From assembly GCA_037380845.1 (NCBI GenBank), contig JARRRI010000009.1:64001-128000 (forward strand): a stretch of DNA of 64,000 nt. Reading direction: 5' to 3'. Below are positions 21,691 through 31,745 of this stretch, piece after piece. Source of the stretch: Candidatus Sulfobium sp. GTDB taxonomy: Bacteria > Nitrospirota > Thermodesulfovibrionia > Thermodesulfovibrionales > UBA6898. The position numbers and the translations under genes are program-made. Position 1 is the stretch's first letter; each line of letters starts with the position of its first letter. The notes beneath the pieces were generated by a model. It searched no databases, was not told the origin of the DNA, and saw only the letters and a program-made list of their open reading frames with translations.

Positions 21691-21803
21691 CGCGGACCTC
21701 CTGTAGGTTTGCTTATTAAACCTTATCTCATTTTGAGGCAATGTCAATCCTTCGAAAGAGCGGTGCCGGTTTTAGCCCGGATTATTCATGAAATGTGGTA
21801 GAC

Positions 21804-21933
21804 GCGAAAGGACACAGTATTTTTGCTCATTCTCGGTCGTTACGACCTCCGAGGAACTTGCCCTCTTTATTTTGGGATACACAATGTCTGAATATCGGGC
21901 AAGTAAAACCATTCAAACACTATGTCCTTCCGC
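21804..21933. other. Nested inverted-repeat element (possible structured RNA or MITE/REP relic)
   Basis: Outer arms gcgaaaggacacagt / actatgtccttccgc, inner arms acttgccc / gggcaagt, side hairpin ggtcgt-t-acgacc. Confidence 0.45.
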
Positions 21934-22042
21934 CATGCAGGGAAATTTGTGAATAAAGTGGGTTAATGATTAGTGTCGGCAAGGACCGACGTGTAAAGGG
22001 CAGTTATGAAGGTTGTCACAGTAGCCCAAACATGGCCGGCCG

Positions 22043-22124
22043 GTCATTCCCGGGAAGGCGGGGCAGACAAGGAACCGCGGCAGTCTGATACAGCGGGAGA
22101 GATGTCAAAGCCTGCACTGATGAC
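22043..22124. repeat. REP-like GTCAT...ATGAC element (degenerate)
   Basis: gtcattcccgggaaggcgggg ... gatgac, downstream of the pfkB gene. Confidence 0.4.
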
Positions 22125-22151
22125 TGAAACCGATGCCCTGGCCTCAGGCAT

Positions 22152-23090
22152 TTACGCTTCCAGCGCGCCGAAGCTCCCGGTGTATCGTCCCAGAAACTCC
22201 TGATAAGTGAAAAAGTGTTCCTGGGTCCCATATTTCTCTACAGCATATGAAGCGGCTGCTGCGCCCATCTGAGCGGCCGTCCTGATGTCGCTGCCGCTGA
22301 CAAGACCCTTGAGCAGCCCGCCCCTGTAAGCGTCCCCCGCTCCTGTCGGATCTACAACGTTCAGGGCCCTGGCCACCCCTATTCTCTCGTCGGCATCGGC
22401 CGTGCTTATCAGGGAACCCTTCTCTCCCAGCGTGGTTATGAGTGTCTTTGTCAGGCCGAGAAGACCTTTCTTGTCCAGCCCGGTCATCTTCATTATGAGA
22501 TCGAGTTCGTAGTCATTGGAGATCAGCATCAGCGAACCGCTCAGCCAGTCCCTGAGGGCGGTCCCGTCCCAGGCCGTGAGGGACTGGCCCGGATCGCAGA
22601 TGAAAGGTATGCCCCTCTTCCTGTATTCTTTTGCGTATTCGGCCATGTCGTCGAGGTTGCCCGGCGCGATAAGGCCGATCGAATCGCCGGGGCCTGCGTC
22701 GTTGAACCGGTGTTCCGATCGGCGCTTCATGGCGCCCGGATTGAACCCGGTGATCTGGTTGTCCGACAGGTCCGTGGTAATATAGGCCCCCGCGGTAAAC
22801 TCTTCCTCGATTATCTTTATTCCACCGGTCGGGATGTTGTTCTTCTTGAGCCAGTCGAAATAAGCTTGATAGTCTTTTCCGATTGTCGCAAGGACAAGCG
22901 GCTTCTCTTCCAGCAGACTGAGCGAATAGGCGATGTTGCCCGCAGTACCGCCGAATTTTTCGACCATCCCGTTAACAGTAAAACAGACGTTAAGTATATG
23001 AATCTTGTCGGGCATTATGTGGTCCGAGAATTTCCCCGGGAAATCCATGATCCTGTCGTATGCGAGCGACCCAGAGATATAGATATTCAT
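22152..23090 (-). CDS. PfkB family carbohydrate/nucleoside kinase (adenosine kinase-like)
   Basis: SGSLAYDRIM, FGGTAGNIAY, DPGQ, NDYE, VVDPTGAGDAYRGG. Confidence 0.88.
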   Translation of the reverse strand: MNIYISGSLAYDRIMDFPGKFSDHIMPDKIHILNVCFTVNGMVEKFGGTAGNIAYSLSLLEEKPLVLATIGKDYQAYFDWLKKNNIPTGGIKIIEEEFTAGAYITTDLSDNQITGFNPGAMKRRSEHRFNDAGPGDSIGLIAPGNLDDMAEYAKEYRKRGIPFICDPGQSLTAWDGTALRDWLSGSLMLISNDYELDLIMKMTGLDKKGLLGLTKTLITTLGEKGSLISTADADERIGVARALNVVDPTGAGDAYRGGLLKGLVSGSDIRTAAQMGAAAASYAVEKYGTQEHFFTYQEFLGRYTGSFGALEA

Positions 23091-24850
23091 TGCGCCTCCT
23101 TCTTCGTTTTGTCTTCAGCCAGGGAATCGAGGACACTTTCGGCCAGTTTTCTGTTAAAACCCTTCACCGAAGAAATCTCTTCTATTGTTGATTTTCTGAT
23201 GGCTTCTATACTACCAAAATGTCTCAGCAATTCAAAACGCCGCTTCCGGGCTATTCCGGGTATCTTTTCGAGGGGCGACTCAAACGCCTGCTTCGCCCGG
23301 CGTTTCTTATGATAGCGGATCGCAAAGCGGTGGGCCTCGTCCCTGATCCTCCTCAGGAGCAGGGCGGCCCTGCCTTCTTCAAGGCTAATGGGCTCTTTCC
23401 TGCCGGGAAGAAAGGCCCTGTCAGGGTCTTTGGCAACGGCGATCACAGCCCTTCCGGCGGTATCCCTTTCTCCGAAGGCTTCGAGAGCCGCATCGAGATG
23501 TGCCCTCCCGCCGTCGATTATTATGAGGTCCGGCAATTCCATTGGCGGCGAGGGGCGGGAAGTAAGTCGGGAGGACGTCTCGCCGCCTCCGGCGACTTCC
23601 GACGTTCGACTCCCGACTTCTGACTTGATAAATGTCCTTCTGATCATCTCCCGCATCATCGCATAATCATCAGGGCCCTCGACTGAATCCATCCTGATAT
23701 GCCGGTAATTCTCCTTCCTGAACTCCCCGTCGGCCCAGTATACAAAAGACCCAACAGGCTCTTTGCCGGAGATATTCGAGATATCGAATGCCCCTATATC
23801 ATGCGGCGGAAAGGGGAGCTTAAGAAGCATGGCGACGTCGTCCATAAGCCCGGTCCTTCCCTGCTCATCTTCCGTGCCGGCAAGGATCCGTGCATTCTCT
23901 TCGGCCATCTCTACGAGCTTTCTCCTGAGCCCTCTCACCGGCTTTTTGACCTTCACGGTCCCGCCCTTCCTCAGGGAGAGCCATGAAGAAAGTGCGGCCG
24001 CATCTTCGGGCATTTCTGAACAAAGCATCTCTACACCGTTTCTTATGAACAGTACCTTCAGGACGCAGGTGTTTTCTTTCCTGTGCAGTCCGATGACATC
24101 CACGTCACCCAGACCGGGGGCCACAGCCTTCTGCAATTCCGTGACCTTCCTTATCGCCGTGATCCGGTCTCTCTCCACGGCCGCGTCCTCGTAGCGCATT
24201 TCTTCAGAGAGCCGTCTCATCCTCCTTTCGAGGGATTCGACAAGCCCTTTGTTCTTCCCTTCCAGGAGGAGTTTCACCTCGTTCACCATGGCCAGGTATT
24301 CCCTGTGGTCGATCCTGCCGGAACAGGGAGCAACGCACTTCTTTATCTGGCTCTCGATGCAGGGCCGCACCGGCTTGTCAAGGGTCCGCCGGCAGGTCCT
24401 GATATGGAAATTGTTCCGGATAAAGGAGAGTATGCTCCACATCGCGCCCGCGGGCACATAAGGACCAAAGTAGCGGGCGCCGTCCTTCTGTATCCTTCTC
24501 ACCACCTCGATGCAGGGCCATTTCTCATTTACTGTGAGCTTCAGATAGGGATAACTCTTGTCGTCCCTGAGCAGGACGTTATACCGGGGTCTGTACCGCT
24601 TGATCAGGTTGGCCTCAAGGATGAATGCTTCGAGTTCGTTGGCAGTAACGGTGTACTCGAAGTCGGCCACCTCCCTGACCATGGACGACTTCCTGGAATC
24701 GAGGACGGCCGCTTTCTGGAAATAACTCCTGAGCCTGTTCCTGAGGCCCTTCGCCTTGCCCACATAAAGGATCGTGCCGTTCCCGTCCCTGAAAAGGTAG
24801 ACTCCGGGCTTTTCAGGGACAAGCCTGAGTCTTTCCGTTATGCCCGGCAC
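23087..24850 (-). CDS. uvrC: Excinuclease ABC subunit C, with one internal gap and one repeat insertion
   Basis: GIY-YIG (PGVYLF, LYVGKAK), FDISN, DDYAMM, LIIIDGG, RDEAHRFAI, C-terminal HhH. Confidence 0.93.
   Translation of the reverse strand: MPGITERLRLVPEKPGVYLFRDGNGTILYVGKAKGLRNRLRSYFQKAAVLDSRKSSMVREVADFEYTVTANELEAFILEANLIKRYRPRYNVLLRDDKSYPYLKLTVNEKWPCIEVVRRIQKDGARYFGPYVPAGAMWSILSFIRNNFHIRTCRRTLDKPVRPCIESQIKKCVAPCSGRIDHREYLAMVNEVKLLLEGKNKGLVESLERRMRRLSEEMRYEDAAVERDRITAIRKVTELQKAVAPGLGDVDVIGLHRKENTCVLKVLFIRNGVEMLCSEMPEDAAALSSWLSLRKGGTVKVKKPVRGLRRKLVEMAEENARILAGTEDEQGRTGLMDDVAMLLKLPFPPHDIGAFDISNISGKEPVGSFVYWADGEFRKENYRHIRMDSVEGPDDYAMMREMIRRTFIKSEVGSRTSEVAGGGETSSRLTSRPSPPMELPDLIIIDGGRAHLDAALEAFGERDTAGRAVIAVAKDPDRAFLPGRKEPISLEEGRAALLLRRIRDEAHRFAIRYHKKRRAKQAFESPLEKIPGIARKRRFELLRHFGSIEAIRKSTIEEISSVKGFNRKLAESVLDSLAEDKTKKEAQ
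23544..23626. repeat. Paired heptamer arrays inserted in frame in uvrC
   Basis: gcgactt ccgacgt tcgactc ccgactt ctgactt plus a partner purine-rich tract; encodes KSEVGSRTSEVAGGGETSSRLTSRPSPP. Confidence 0.7.
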
Positions 24851-24855
24851 GGCCC

Positions 24856-25413
24856 TTATTTCTTGCCTTCCGCCTTCAGCCTCTCTATTTCCATCTTGAT
24901 CCTGCCGGCATCGGCGGCATTGGGGGCCAGGGCGAGCGCCTTTTCGAACTGTGTTATAGCCCCCTTGTTGTCCTTCATATCATAGGCGAGGACAATGGCA
25001 AGATTCTTGTGGGCGGTGATGTGGTTGGGTTCTATTTCAATTGCCTTCCTGAATTCCCTGGCCGCAATCTCCGGCCGGCCGGTCCTTCTGTAACAGATGC
25101 CCATGTCCACTCTTACATTCACATCCCTGGGCTCCAGGGCAAGGGCCTTCTGATAGGCATCGATGGCTTCATCGTAGCGCGCGCCGTCCATAAGGTCGTT
25201 GCCGAGTTTTATCCAGACCTCTGCGTTGCCCGGATCATTTTTTACCTCCTCCTGGAGAAGCCTGATTTCATCGAACGTCTGCACGGGCGGCCCGGTCTCC
25301 ACCGTTCCTGCAGGGTAGCTGGTTCCGGCCTCCTGATCTTCTTTTTTCTGGCATGCCGCAAACAGCAGGGCAAAGGCAAACAGCATTAATATGATCACAG
25401 TAATTCTTTTCAT
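24856..25413 (-). CDS. TPR-repeat lipoprotein
   Basis: Lipobox LFAAC; TPR helices WIKLGN..AIDAYQKAL and VRVDMGICY. Confidence 0.82.
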   Translation of the reverse strand: MKRITVIILMLFAFALLFAACQKKEDQEAGTSYPAGTVETGPPVQTFDEIRLLQEEVKNDPGNAEVWIKLGNDLMDGARYDEAIDAYQKALALEPRDVNVRVDMGICYRRTGRPEIAAREFRKAIEIEPNHITAHKNLAIVLAYDMKDNKGAITQFEKALALAPNAADAGRIKMEIERLKAEGKK

Positions 25414-25507
25414 CTCTCCTCCGTGTTGCTTAGTGTCAGTGCCGATAATCATGTCAGCAAAAAATAAAGCACCTTTTGAAAACTGACACTGATGACGACC
25501 GGCGCGG

Positions 25508-26494
25508 TCACTGTTTATCCGTATCGCTGACGACGCTCCCTATCTTCTTCAGCCTCTTGTATCTGTCCTCGATAAGCTTGGCAGGGGTCCTCGTCTTCAG
25601 TTCCTCCAGGACTTCCAGTATTTTGTCGGACACGTTTCGAGCAGTCTGTTCGGGGTTTCGGTGCGCACCTCCCGCAGGTTCGGGTATTATGTCGTCTATG
25701 ATCTTGAACCTCAGCAGGTCCTGAGCCGTCATTTTCAAAGCCTCTGCCGCCCTGGAAAAATCCTCGCTACTGAGATCTCCGTTTTTCTTCCAGAGGATCG
25801 CCGCGCAGCCTTCAGGCGATATGACGGAATAGACTGAATGTTCGAGCATAAACAGCCTGTCAGCCACACTCAGGGCCAATGCGCCGCCGCTTCCCCCTTC
25901 GCCGATCACCACCGATATTATCGGGATCCTCAGCCGGGACATATTCATGAGATTCTCCGCGATCGCCTCCCCCTGGCCTCTCTCCTCCGCGCCGATCCCC
26001 GGATACGCCCCCGGGGTATCCACAAGGGTAATCACCGGTCGCCTGCACCTGTCGGCAAGCTCCATCAACCTGAGCGCCTTTCTGTAACCCTCAGGATGGG
26101 GCTGCCCGAAATTGCGCCGGATCCTCTCTTTCGTCCCCCGTCCTTTCTGGTGGCCGATGATAACGACCGGATTGTTCTTGATCCTGGCGATACCCCCCAC
26201 GACGGACTTGTCGTCGCCGAACCTCCTGTCGCCGTGCAGCTCGACAAAATCTTCAGCAATAAGTCCGATATAGTCGAGGGTATAGGGCCTGTCCGGATGT
26301 CTTGCCAGCTGGGTCTTCTGCCAAGGGGTAAGCTTCGAAAATATATCGGTGCAGACGTCCTTCACCTTCTTTTCGAGTTTCTTCACCTCTCCGGAAAGGT
26401 TGACGTCCTTGCCGTCGGAGATCCTCTTCATCTCCTCTATCTTCAGTTCCAGGTCCTCGATTGGCTTTTCGAAGTCCAGGTAATTCTTTATCAC
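25508..26494 (-). CDS. accA: Acetyl-CoA carboxylase carboxyltransferase alpha
   Basis: [48 protein letters not shown]. Confidence 0.97.
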   Translation of the reverse strand: MIKNYLDFEKPIEDLELKIEEMKRISDGKDVNLSGEVKKLEKKVKDVCTDIFSKLTPWQKTQLARHPDRPYTLDYIGLIAEDFVELHGDRRFGDDKSVVGGIARIKNNPVVIIGHQKGRGTKERIRRNFGQPHPEGYRKALRLMELADRCRRPVITLVDTPGAYPGIGAEERGQGEAIAENLMNMSRLRIPIISVVIGEGGSGGALALSVADRLFMLEHSVYSVISPEGCAAILWKKNGDLSSEDFSRAAEALKMTAQDLLRFKIIDDIIPEPAGGAHRNPEQTARNVSDKILEVLEELKTRTPAKLIEDRYKRLKKIGSVVSDTDKQ

Positions 26495-29400
26495 GAAACG
26501 CTCACCGCTCCTTTTCCCACCAGTTCCTCCAGTATGCCCACCAGGGCGCTGTCGGGCCTTACGCGGCAGCAGGTGGCAATTGTAGTCTGTATGCCGTCCA
26601 GCCTGATCCTGAGATACAGCTGCAGGTCACCGGGATAACGGTCTGCCGCCTCTCTGATTTCGGAAAGCCTGTCGTTGCAGGCAGCGAGGTCTTCGATCGA
26701 CAGCTCCAGCTTCCTGAATGACTGCCGGCCGGCTTCATCCAGGCCGGAGACCTCCCGAGCCCTTACACGGACGCCCTTTTCATCCTTGTCTATGTTCCCC
26801 TTCACCAGTACGGCCTCGTCCTTCGTCAGCAGTCCGTTTGTTTTCTTGTAGAGGTCGGGGAACACAATCACTTCCACGCTGCCTTCAACGTCTTCAAGTG
26901 TAACATAGGCCATCATGTCGCCCGTGGATTTTACGTTTTTCTTCTTCAAGGCCCTCAGTATGCCCGCCACCGCCACCTCTTCCCTGTCGACGGCATTCTC
27001 CAGATCAGACGTCTTCCTGGCCCTCAGCCGCGCGAGCTTCTTTTCATATTTCGTAAGCGGATGCCCGGTGATATAGAAGCCGAGGGCCTCCTTCTCGTTC
27101 TTCAGCAGTTCGGCCTCTTCCCACTCTTCAGCCGGTGCCGCCGGTTCCGGCATCTCGTCCCCAAAGATGCTCGTTTGTCCCGGGTCCTTCCTTCCCCCGC
27201 CGTTCAGGGCTTCGGAAACGGTCTTCATCGCAGCAGCCCTGGTCACGCCCAGAGAATCAAAGGCGCCGGCTTTCACCAGGCTCTCCAGGACCTTCTTGTT
27301 CACCCTGCGGGCATCGATGCGCCCTGTGAAATCGCTCACAGACAGGAAAGGCCCCCCCTCGGTACGCGCGTTCACGATGGATTCTATGGCAGCCGAGCCC
27401 ACCCCTTTCACCGCTTCGAGCCCGAAGCGGATGGAGTTTTCGATCACCGTGAACTCCCTTCCCGAAAGGTTTATGTCGGGCGGCAGCATTTCCACCTTCA
27501 TCTTCCGGCACTCGTTTATGGATTTCACGATCTTGTCGGTATCGTTCATGTCCGTGCTGAGAGTAGCAGCCATAAACTCTACCGGATAATGGGCCTTCAG
27601 ATAAGCCGTCTGGAAGGACACGAAGGCATAGGCGGCGGAATGGGATTTATTAAAACCGTATTCCGCGAAGAGCTCCATGAGGTCGAATATTCTCACCGCC
27701 TTCTTTTCGGATATGCCGTTGGACTTCGCTCCGTTTATGAAATGCTCCTTCTGCTTCGCCATCACTTCGGCGTTCTTCTTGCCCATGGCCTTCCTCAGTA
27801 TATCTGCCTGGCCGAGCGAAAAGTTCGCCAGCCTGTTGGCGATCCGCATAACCTGCTCCTGGTAAAGGATGACCCCGTAAGTCTCATCGAGTATCTCTTT
27901 CAGCTGGGGGAGTTCATACTTCACGGCGACCTTCCCCTTCTTACGCTTTATGAAATCGTCTATCATGCCGCTGCCGATGGGGCCCGGTCTGTAGAGTGCT
28001 ACCAGCGCGATAAGATCTTCGAACCTGTTGGGCGACATCTTGAGCAATATGTCCCTCATGCCCGCACTTTCAAGCTGGAATATTCCGGTAGTCTGCCCGG
28101 AACTCAGAAGCTCGTAAGTCGCAGGGTCGTCAAGGGGTATGTCCTCGAGCGACAATTTCTTGCCCCCCTGCGTGATATGGTCAAGGGTCTTCCGGATCAC
28201 GGTGAGCGTCTTCAGGCCGAGGAAATCGAACTTCAGCAGGCCTATTCCCTCCACAGAGCCCATGTCGAACTGCGTCATGATGCTGTCGTCGGAGGGGCTT
28301 TTGTAAAGCGGAGTGTACTCAGTCAGCGGCACTGGGGATATTACAACCCCAGCCGCGTGCGTGGAGGCATGCCTGTTAAGACCTTCGAGGCGCGTGGCGA
28401 CATCAAGAAGCTGCCTGATTTCGCTGTTTTTTTCGTATAGTTCTTTCAGCTGCGGCTCCGCCTTGATAGCCTCCCCGATCGTTATCTTCAGGGTATTGGG
28501 TACAAGCTTGGCGATCTTGTCGACTTCCGCATAGGGCATGTCCATCGCCCGGCCCACGTCGCGTATTGCCGCCTTCGCGGCCATCGTGCCGAAGGTGATT
28601 ATCTGGGCCACCCGGTCCTTTCCGTATTTTTCGGATACGTAGTTTATAACCTCTCCCCTTCTGTCCTGGCAGAAGTCCACGTCGATATCCGGCATGCTTA
28701 TCCTCTCGGGATTCAGGAACCTCTCAAAAAGAAGGTTGTATTTTATCGGATCGATCTCGGTGATGCCGATGCAGTAGGAGACGAGACTCCCCGCCGCCGA
28801 ACCTCTGCCGGGTCCCACCGGGATGCCCCTGCCCCGGGCATAGCTTATGAAATCCCACACTATAAGGAAGTAAGAGGCATATCCCATCTTCCTGATTACC
28901 TCGAGTTCGGTCTCCAGCCTCTCCCGGTAGATGTCGGGTACTACCCCGAATTTCTTTTCCAGACCACCCTTTGCGAGTCTCGTCAGAAATTCCTCCGGAC
29001 TTTCGCCGCCTTCCACTTCGTACTTCGGCAGCAAGAAATCTCCCATCCTGAAATCCACATTGCAGCGCTCCGCTATGGCGCGGGTGTTCGTGATCGCCTC
29101 GGGCACGTCCCTGAATGCCTCTTTCATCTCCTCCGGCGACTTGAAATAGAACTCGTCAGTGCTGAACCTCATCCGGTTTGCATCCTTGAGTGTCTTACCC
29201 GTCTGGATGCAGAGGAGGATTTCGTGGGCGCGGGCGTCCTCCCTGTTCAGGTAGTGACAGTCGTTAGTCGCAACCAGGCCGATATGGAGTTCCCGAGCCA
29301 GTTCTATCAGCTTCTTATTGGCCTCGGTCTGCTCCGGCAGCCCGTTTTCCTGTATCTCGATATAGAAGTTCTCAGGCCCGAGGACATGCTTGAACTGAAG

Positions 29401-29889
29401 GGCCCTCTCCCTTGCCCTGTCTATGTAACCCCGCTGAAGGTAATATGGGATTTCCCCCTTCAGACAGGCGGAAAGGCCTATAAGACCGCCGCTGTACTGC
29501 TCCAGAAGGGCCATGTCGATCCTTGGTTTGTAGTAAAACCCCTCCAGATAGGCATGGGTTACGAGAGTGACGAGGTTTTTATACCCTGCATTGTCCCTGG
29601 CAAGGAGGACGAGGTGAAAAGACGCCTCCTCGTTCTCCGTATTTCCCTTGTCCAGCCTGCTCCCGGGCGCAACATAGACCTCGCAGCCGATTATCGGCTT
29701 TAGTCCGGCCTTTGTCACCAGCCTGTAGAATTCAACCGCGCCGAAGAGGTTGCCGTGGTCCGTCATCGAGACGGCGGGCATTTTAAACTCCTCGGCCTTC
29801 TTCACCAGCTCCTTTATCCTTATAGCACCGTCCAGCAGGCTGTACTCAGTGTGGAGGTGGAGGGAGACATAGTCCGAGTGTGAATGCAT
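26491..29889 (-). CDS. dnaE: DNA polymerase III alpha subunit
   Basis: PHP domain ([11 protein letters not shown]), [26 protein letters not shown] fold. Confidence 0.98.
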   Translation of the reverse strand: MHSHSDYVSLHLHTEYSLLDGAIRIKELVKKAEEFKMPAVSMTDHGNLFGAVEFYRLVTKAGLKPIIGCEVYVAPGSRLDKGNTENEEASFHLVLLARDNAGYKNLVTLVTHAYLEGFYYKPRIDMALLEQYSGGLIGLSACLKGEIPYYLQRGYIDRARERALQFKHVLGPENFYIEIQENGLPEQTEANKKLIELARELHIGLVATNDCHYLNREDARAHEILLCIQTGKTLKDANRMRFSTDEFYFKSPEEMKEAFRDVPEAITNTRAIAERCNVDFRMGDFLLPKYEVEGGESPEEFLTRLAKGGLEKKFGVVPDIYRERLETELEVIRKMGYASYFLIVWDFISYARGRGIPVGPGRGSAAGSLVSYCIGITEIDPIKYNLLFERFLNPERISMPDIDVDFCQDRRGEVINYVSEKYGKDRVAQIITFGTMAAKAAIRDVGRAMDMPYAEVDKIAKLVPNTLKITIGEAIKAEPQLKELYEKNSEIRQLLDVATRLEGLNRHASTHAAGVVISPVPLTEYTPLYKSPSDDSIMTQFDMGSVEGIGLLKFDFLGLKTLTVIRKTLDHITQGGKKLSLEDIPLDDPATYELLSSGQTTGIFQLESAGMRDILLKMSPNRFEDLIALVALYRPGPIGSGMIDDFIKRKKGKVAVKYELPQLKEILDETYGVILYQEQVMRIANRLANFSLGQADILRKAMGKKNAEVMAKQKEHFINGAKSNGISEKKAVRIFDLMELFAEYGFNKSHSAAYAFVSFQTAYLKAHYPVEFMAATLSTDMNDTDKIVKSINECRKMKVEMLPPDINLSGREFTVIENSIRFGLEAVKGVGSAAIESIVNARTEGGPFLSVSDFTGRIDARRVNKKVLESLVKAGAFDSLGVTRAAAMKTVSEALNGGGRKDPGQTSIFGDEMPEPAAPAEEWEEAELLKNEKEALGFYITGHPLTKYEKKLARLRARKTSDLENAVDREEVAVAGILRALKKKNVKSTGDMMAYVTLEDVEGSVEVIVFPDLYKKTNGLLTKDEAVLVKGNIDKDEKGVRVRAREVSGLDEAGRQSFRKLELSIEDLAACNDRLSEIREAADRYPGDLQLYLRIRLDGIQTTIATCCRVRPDSALVGILEELVGKGAVSVS

Positions 29890-29895
29890 ACAGAA

Positions 29896-29925
29896 ATATT
29901 AACTTTAGGGGCTGATCCAAGTCAA
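29896..29925 (-). promoter_or_regulatory. sigma70-type promoter of dnaE (probably leaderless)
   Basis: TTGACT-18-TAATAT ending 6 nt before the ATG; no Shine-Dalgarno sequence. Confidence 0.55.
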
Positions 29926-30009
29926 TTGACGCCGGTACCGCAAGCCCCCTTTGCCGCAAAGGCCGCAGCCACAGGTTTTAATTGGCAAGTGTTTGATTTT
30001 GCTGTATTA

Positions 30010-30942
30010 TTACTCCTTAATCGCAAAACTCAGGTTCTGCCGGGACTCGCCGCCGTGGCCGTCCTTAACCACCGCCGTACAGGACACTTTCCCGGCGTAG
30101 TCCGGCGGGACGTCCCACCTGATCGCGCCTGTTCCCGGATCTACCGTCATCCCCGGCGGAGCGCCCTGAAGAGAATAGGTGAGCCGGTCCCCGTCGGGGT
30201 CGGCAGCCTTTATCCGGTACTTGCAGGTACTCCCGTCGAAATCGAATTTTCCTCCTTCTGCGATCATAGGCGGCATGTTCCCGACCTCTCTCTTCAGGGC
30301 AACCGGCGTTCCATCGGTCTCGCCGTCGAAGGGCACGATCCTGACCTCGACCTTGTCTCCCCTCCTCACCTGATCGTCTATTTCCGGTCCGTCTCCAGCC
30401 GGTTCACCGTTTTTCGACCATTCATACCGGACTGTTACGTCGTCCCCGTCAGGATCTTCAGCCGAGGCGTCCACACGCAACCTGTCACCAGGGTTGAACA
30501 CCTCGGGCATGATCTTGACTCTTGTGAGCTGAGGCGGCGCATTTTTTATCTCTACAATGTTTGAAAGTATTTCCCGGCCCCCCACGGTAACTTTTGCCTG
30601 AACGGTATCGCCTTTTCTCAATTCGGCTGACTTGAAGCCGAGCCCTTCTCCGCCCGGGACGGTCATCCCGTTTACGAGCCACTCCGGCTCCGCCCCCGGC
30701 CGGTTCACACCCTTTACAACAAGTGTCAGCTTTGTATTGCTTGTCGGGTCGGCGGGCACTATCTCAAGCGATTCGTGCCCGGCACCGGCAGCTTGTTGCC
30801 GGCCGGCATCTTTCACGGCATTATCTTTCTCCTTTGCCTGGTCCGTCGCGATGCCGATATCCCCCTTCTTTTCCGGACTGCATCCCGGCAACGCCACCGA
30901 GACCATCATCCCCAGAGTAATTGCGATCATCACCGTTCTCAC
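30010..30942 (-). CDS. Lipoprotein with tandem Ig/cadherin-like domains
   Basis: Lipobox LPGC; repeated N.PP, DPDGD and PPGMTVDPGTGAIRW motifs; downstream of the minor pilins. Confidence 0.72.
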   Translation of the reverse strand: MRTVMIAITLGMMVSVALPGCSPEKKGDIGIATDQAKEKDNAVKDAGRQQAAGAGHESLEIVPADPTSNTKLTLVVKGVNRPGAEPEWLVNGMTVPGGEGLGFKSAELRKGDTVQAKVTVGGREILSNIVEIKNAPPQLTRVKIMPEVFNPGDRLRVDASAEDPDGDDVTVRYEWSKNGEPAGDGPEIDDQVRRGDKVEVRIVPFDGETDGTPVALKREVGNMPPMIAEGGKFDFDGSTCKYRIKAADPDGDRLTYSLQGAPPGMTVDPGTGAIRWDVPPDYAGKVSCTAVVKDGHGGESRQNLSFAIKE

Positions 30943-30978
30943 TGCTTCTTTACCCCTTTCATCACCTGTCTTTAAGCG

Positions 30979-31079
30979 GTCATTCCCTGGGCAGGCAGGA
31001 TTCCACCCCGTTCAAACAGTCGTCTCCATCCCGGATGCCCGCTCCTGCCTAACCCCGAGAGAAGCTTAGCGGGCATGAC
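30979..31079. repeat. REP-like GTCAT...ATGAC element
   Basis: gtcattccctgggcaggcaggattcc ... ggatgcccgct ... agcgggcatgac. Confidence 0.6.
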
Positions 31080-31097
31080 GATTTTGTTGCAAGCCGG

Positions 31098-31745
31098 TCA
31101 GTATTTATAGAGAATGGAATATTTTGCCCTTTCCCTAGGCCCTGAGCTCCTTTGTGAATCCACTTCCAACGTGTACAGATAGGGCCTGCTCATCACGGTA
31201 ATCTCACCTGAGTTGGTGTTCACTACCCCGCCCTTCGTGAGACCTATGCTGCCGGCCGAGTTTCCCTCGACCGTATCCACAATTTTTGCATATACCGTAT
31301 ATGACTGACTGCCGGTACCTAGCTGAAAAGACCAGTCATACGTGCCCTCCTGATCGGGATCGATGGGCATTGTGCTGTTGCAGCCACTCCAGGTTGCCGT
31401 GTTGTTATTAAGTTTGTTCGTCAGGCAACTCTTACCGCCGCTATCGGTATTGGATGGAAGATAGAGGCTAATAGTGGGGATGCTGAGATTACCCCTCGCG
31501 GCAATCAGGTCGTAGGCGATTTCTGTTCCGGCCTTCCCTGCCTCAACGGCGCTCCGGTATCTCTTGTGACTACCCGATGTCTGGGTACCAACCGTCAACA
31601 TGTAAACCAGGCCCGCCATGATGGCCAGCGATATTGCTGAAAGAACCAGGACCATGACAAGTGCGATACCCCTTTCGCCGGCTTTGACTCTCCTGTGTCC
31701 ACTTCCTGGTCGGAACATCTTCCGTACGTACTTACTCATCTTCAC
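31098..31745 (-). CDS. pilX: Type IV minor pilin, PilX-like
   Basis: ERG|IALVMVLVL class III leader lacking Glu5, the PilX/GspK trait; last pilin of the cluster. Confidence 0.8.
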   Translation of the reverse strand: MKMSKYVRKMFRPGSGHRRVKAGERGIALVMVLVLSAISLAIMAGLVYMLTVGTQTSGSHKRYRSAVEAGKAGTEIAYDLIAARGNLSIPTISLYLPSNTDSGGKSCLTNKLNNNTATWSGCNSTMPIDPDQEGTYDWSFQLGTGSQSYTVYAKIVDTVEGNSAGSIGLTKGGVVNTNSGEITVMSRPYLYTLEVDSQRSSGPRERAKYSILYKY

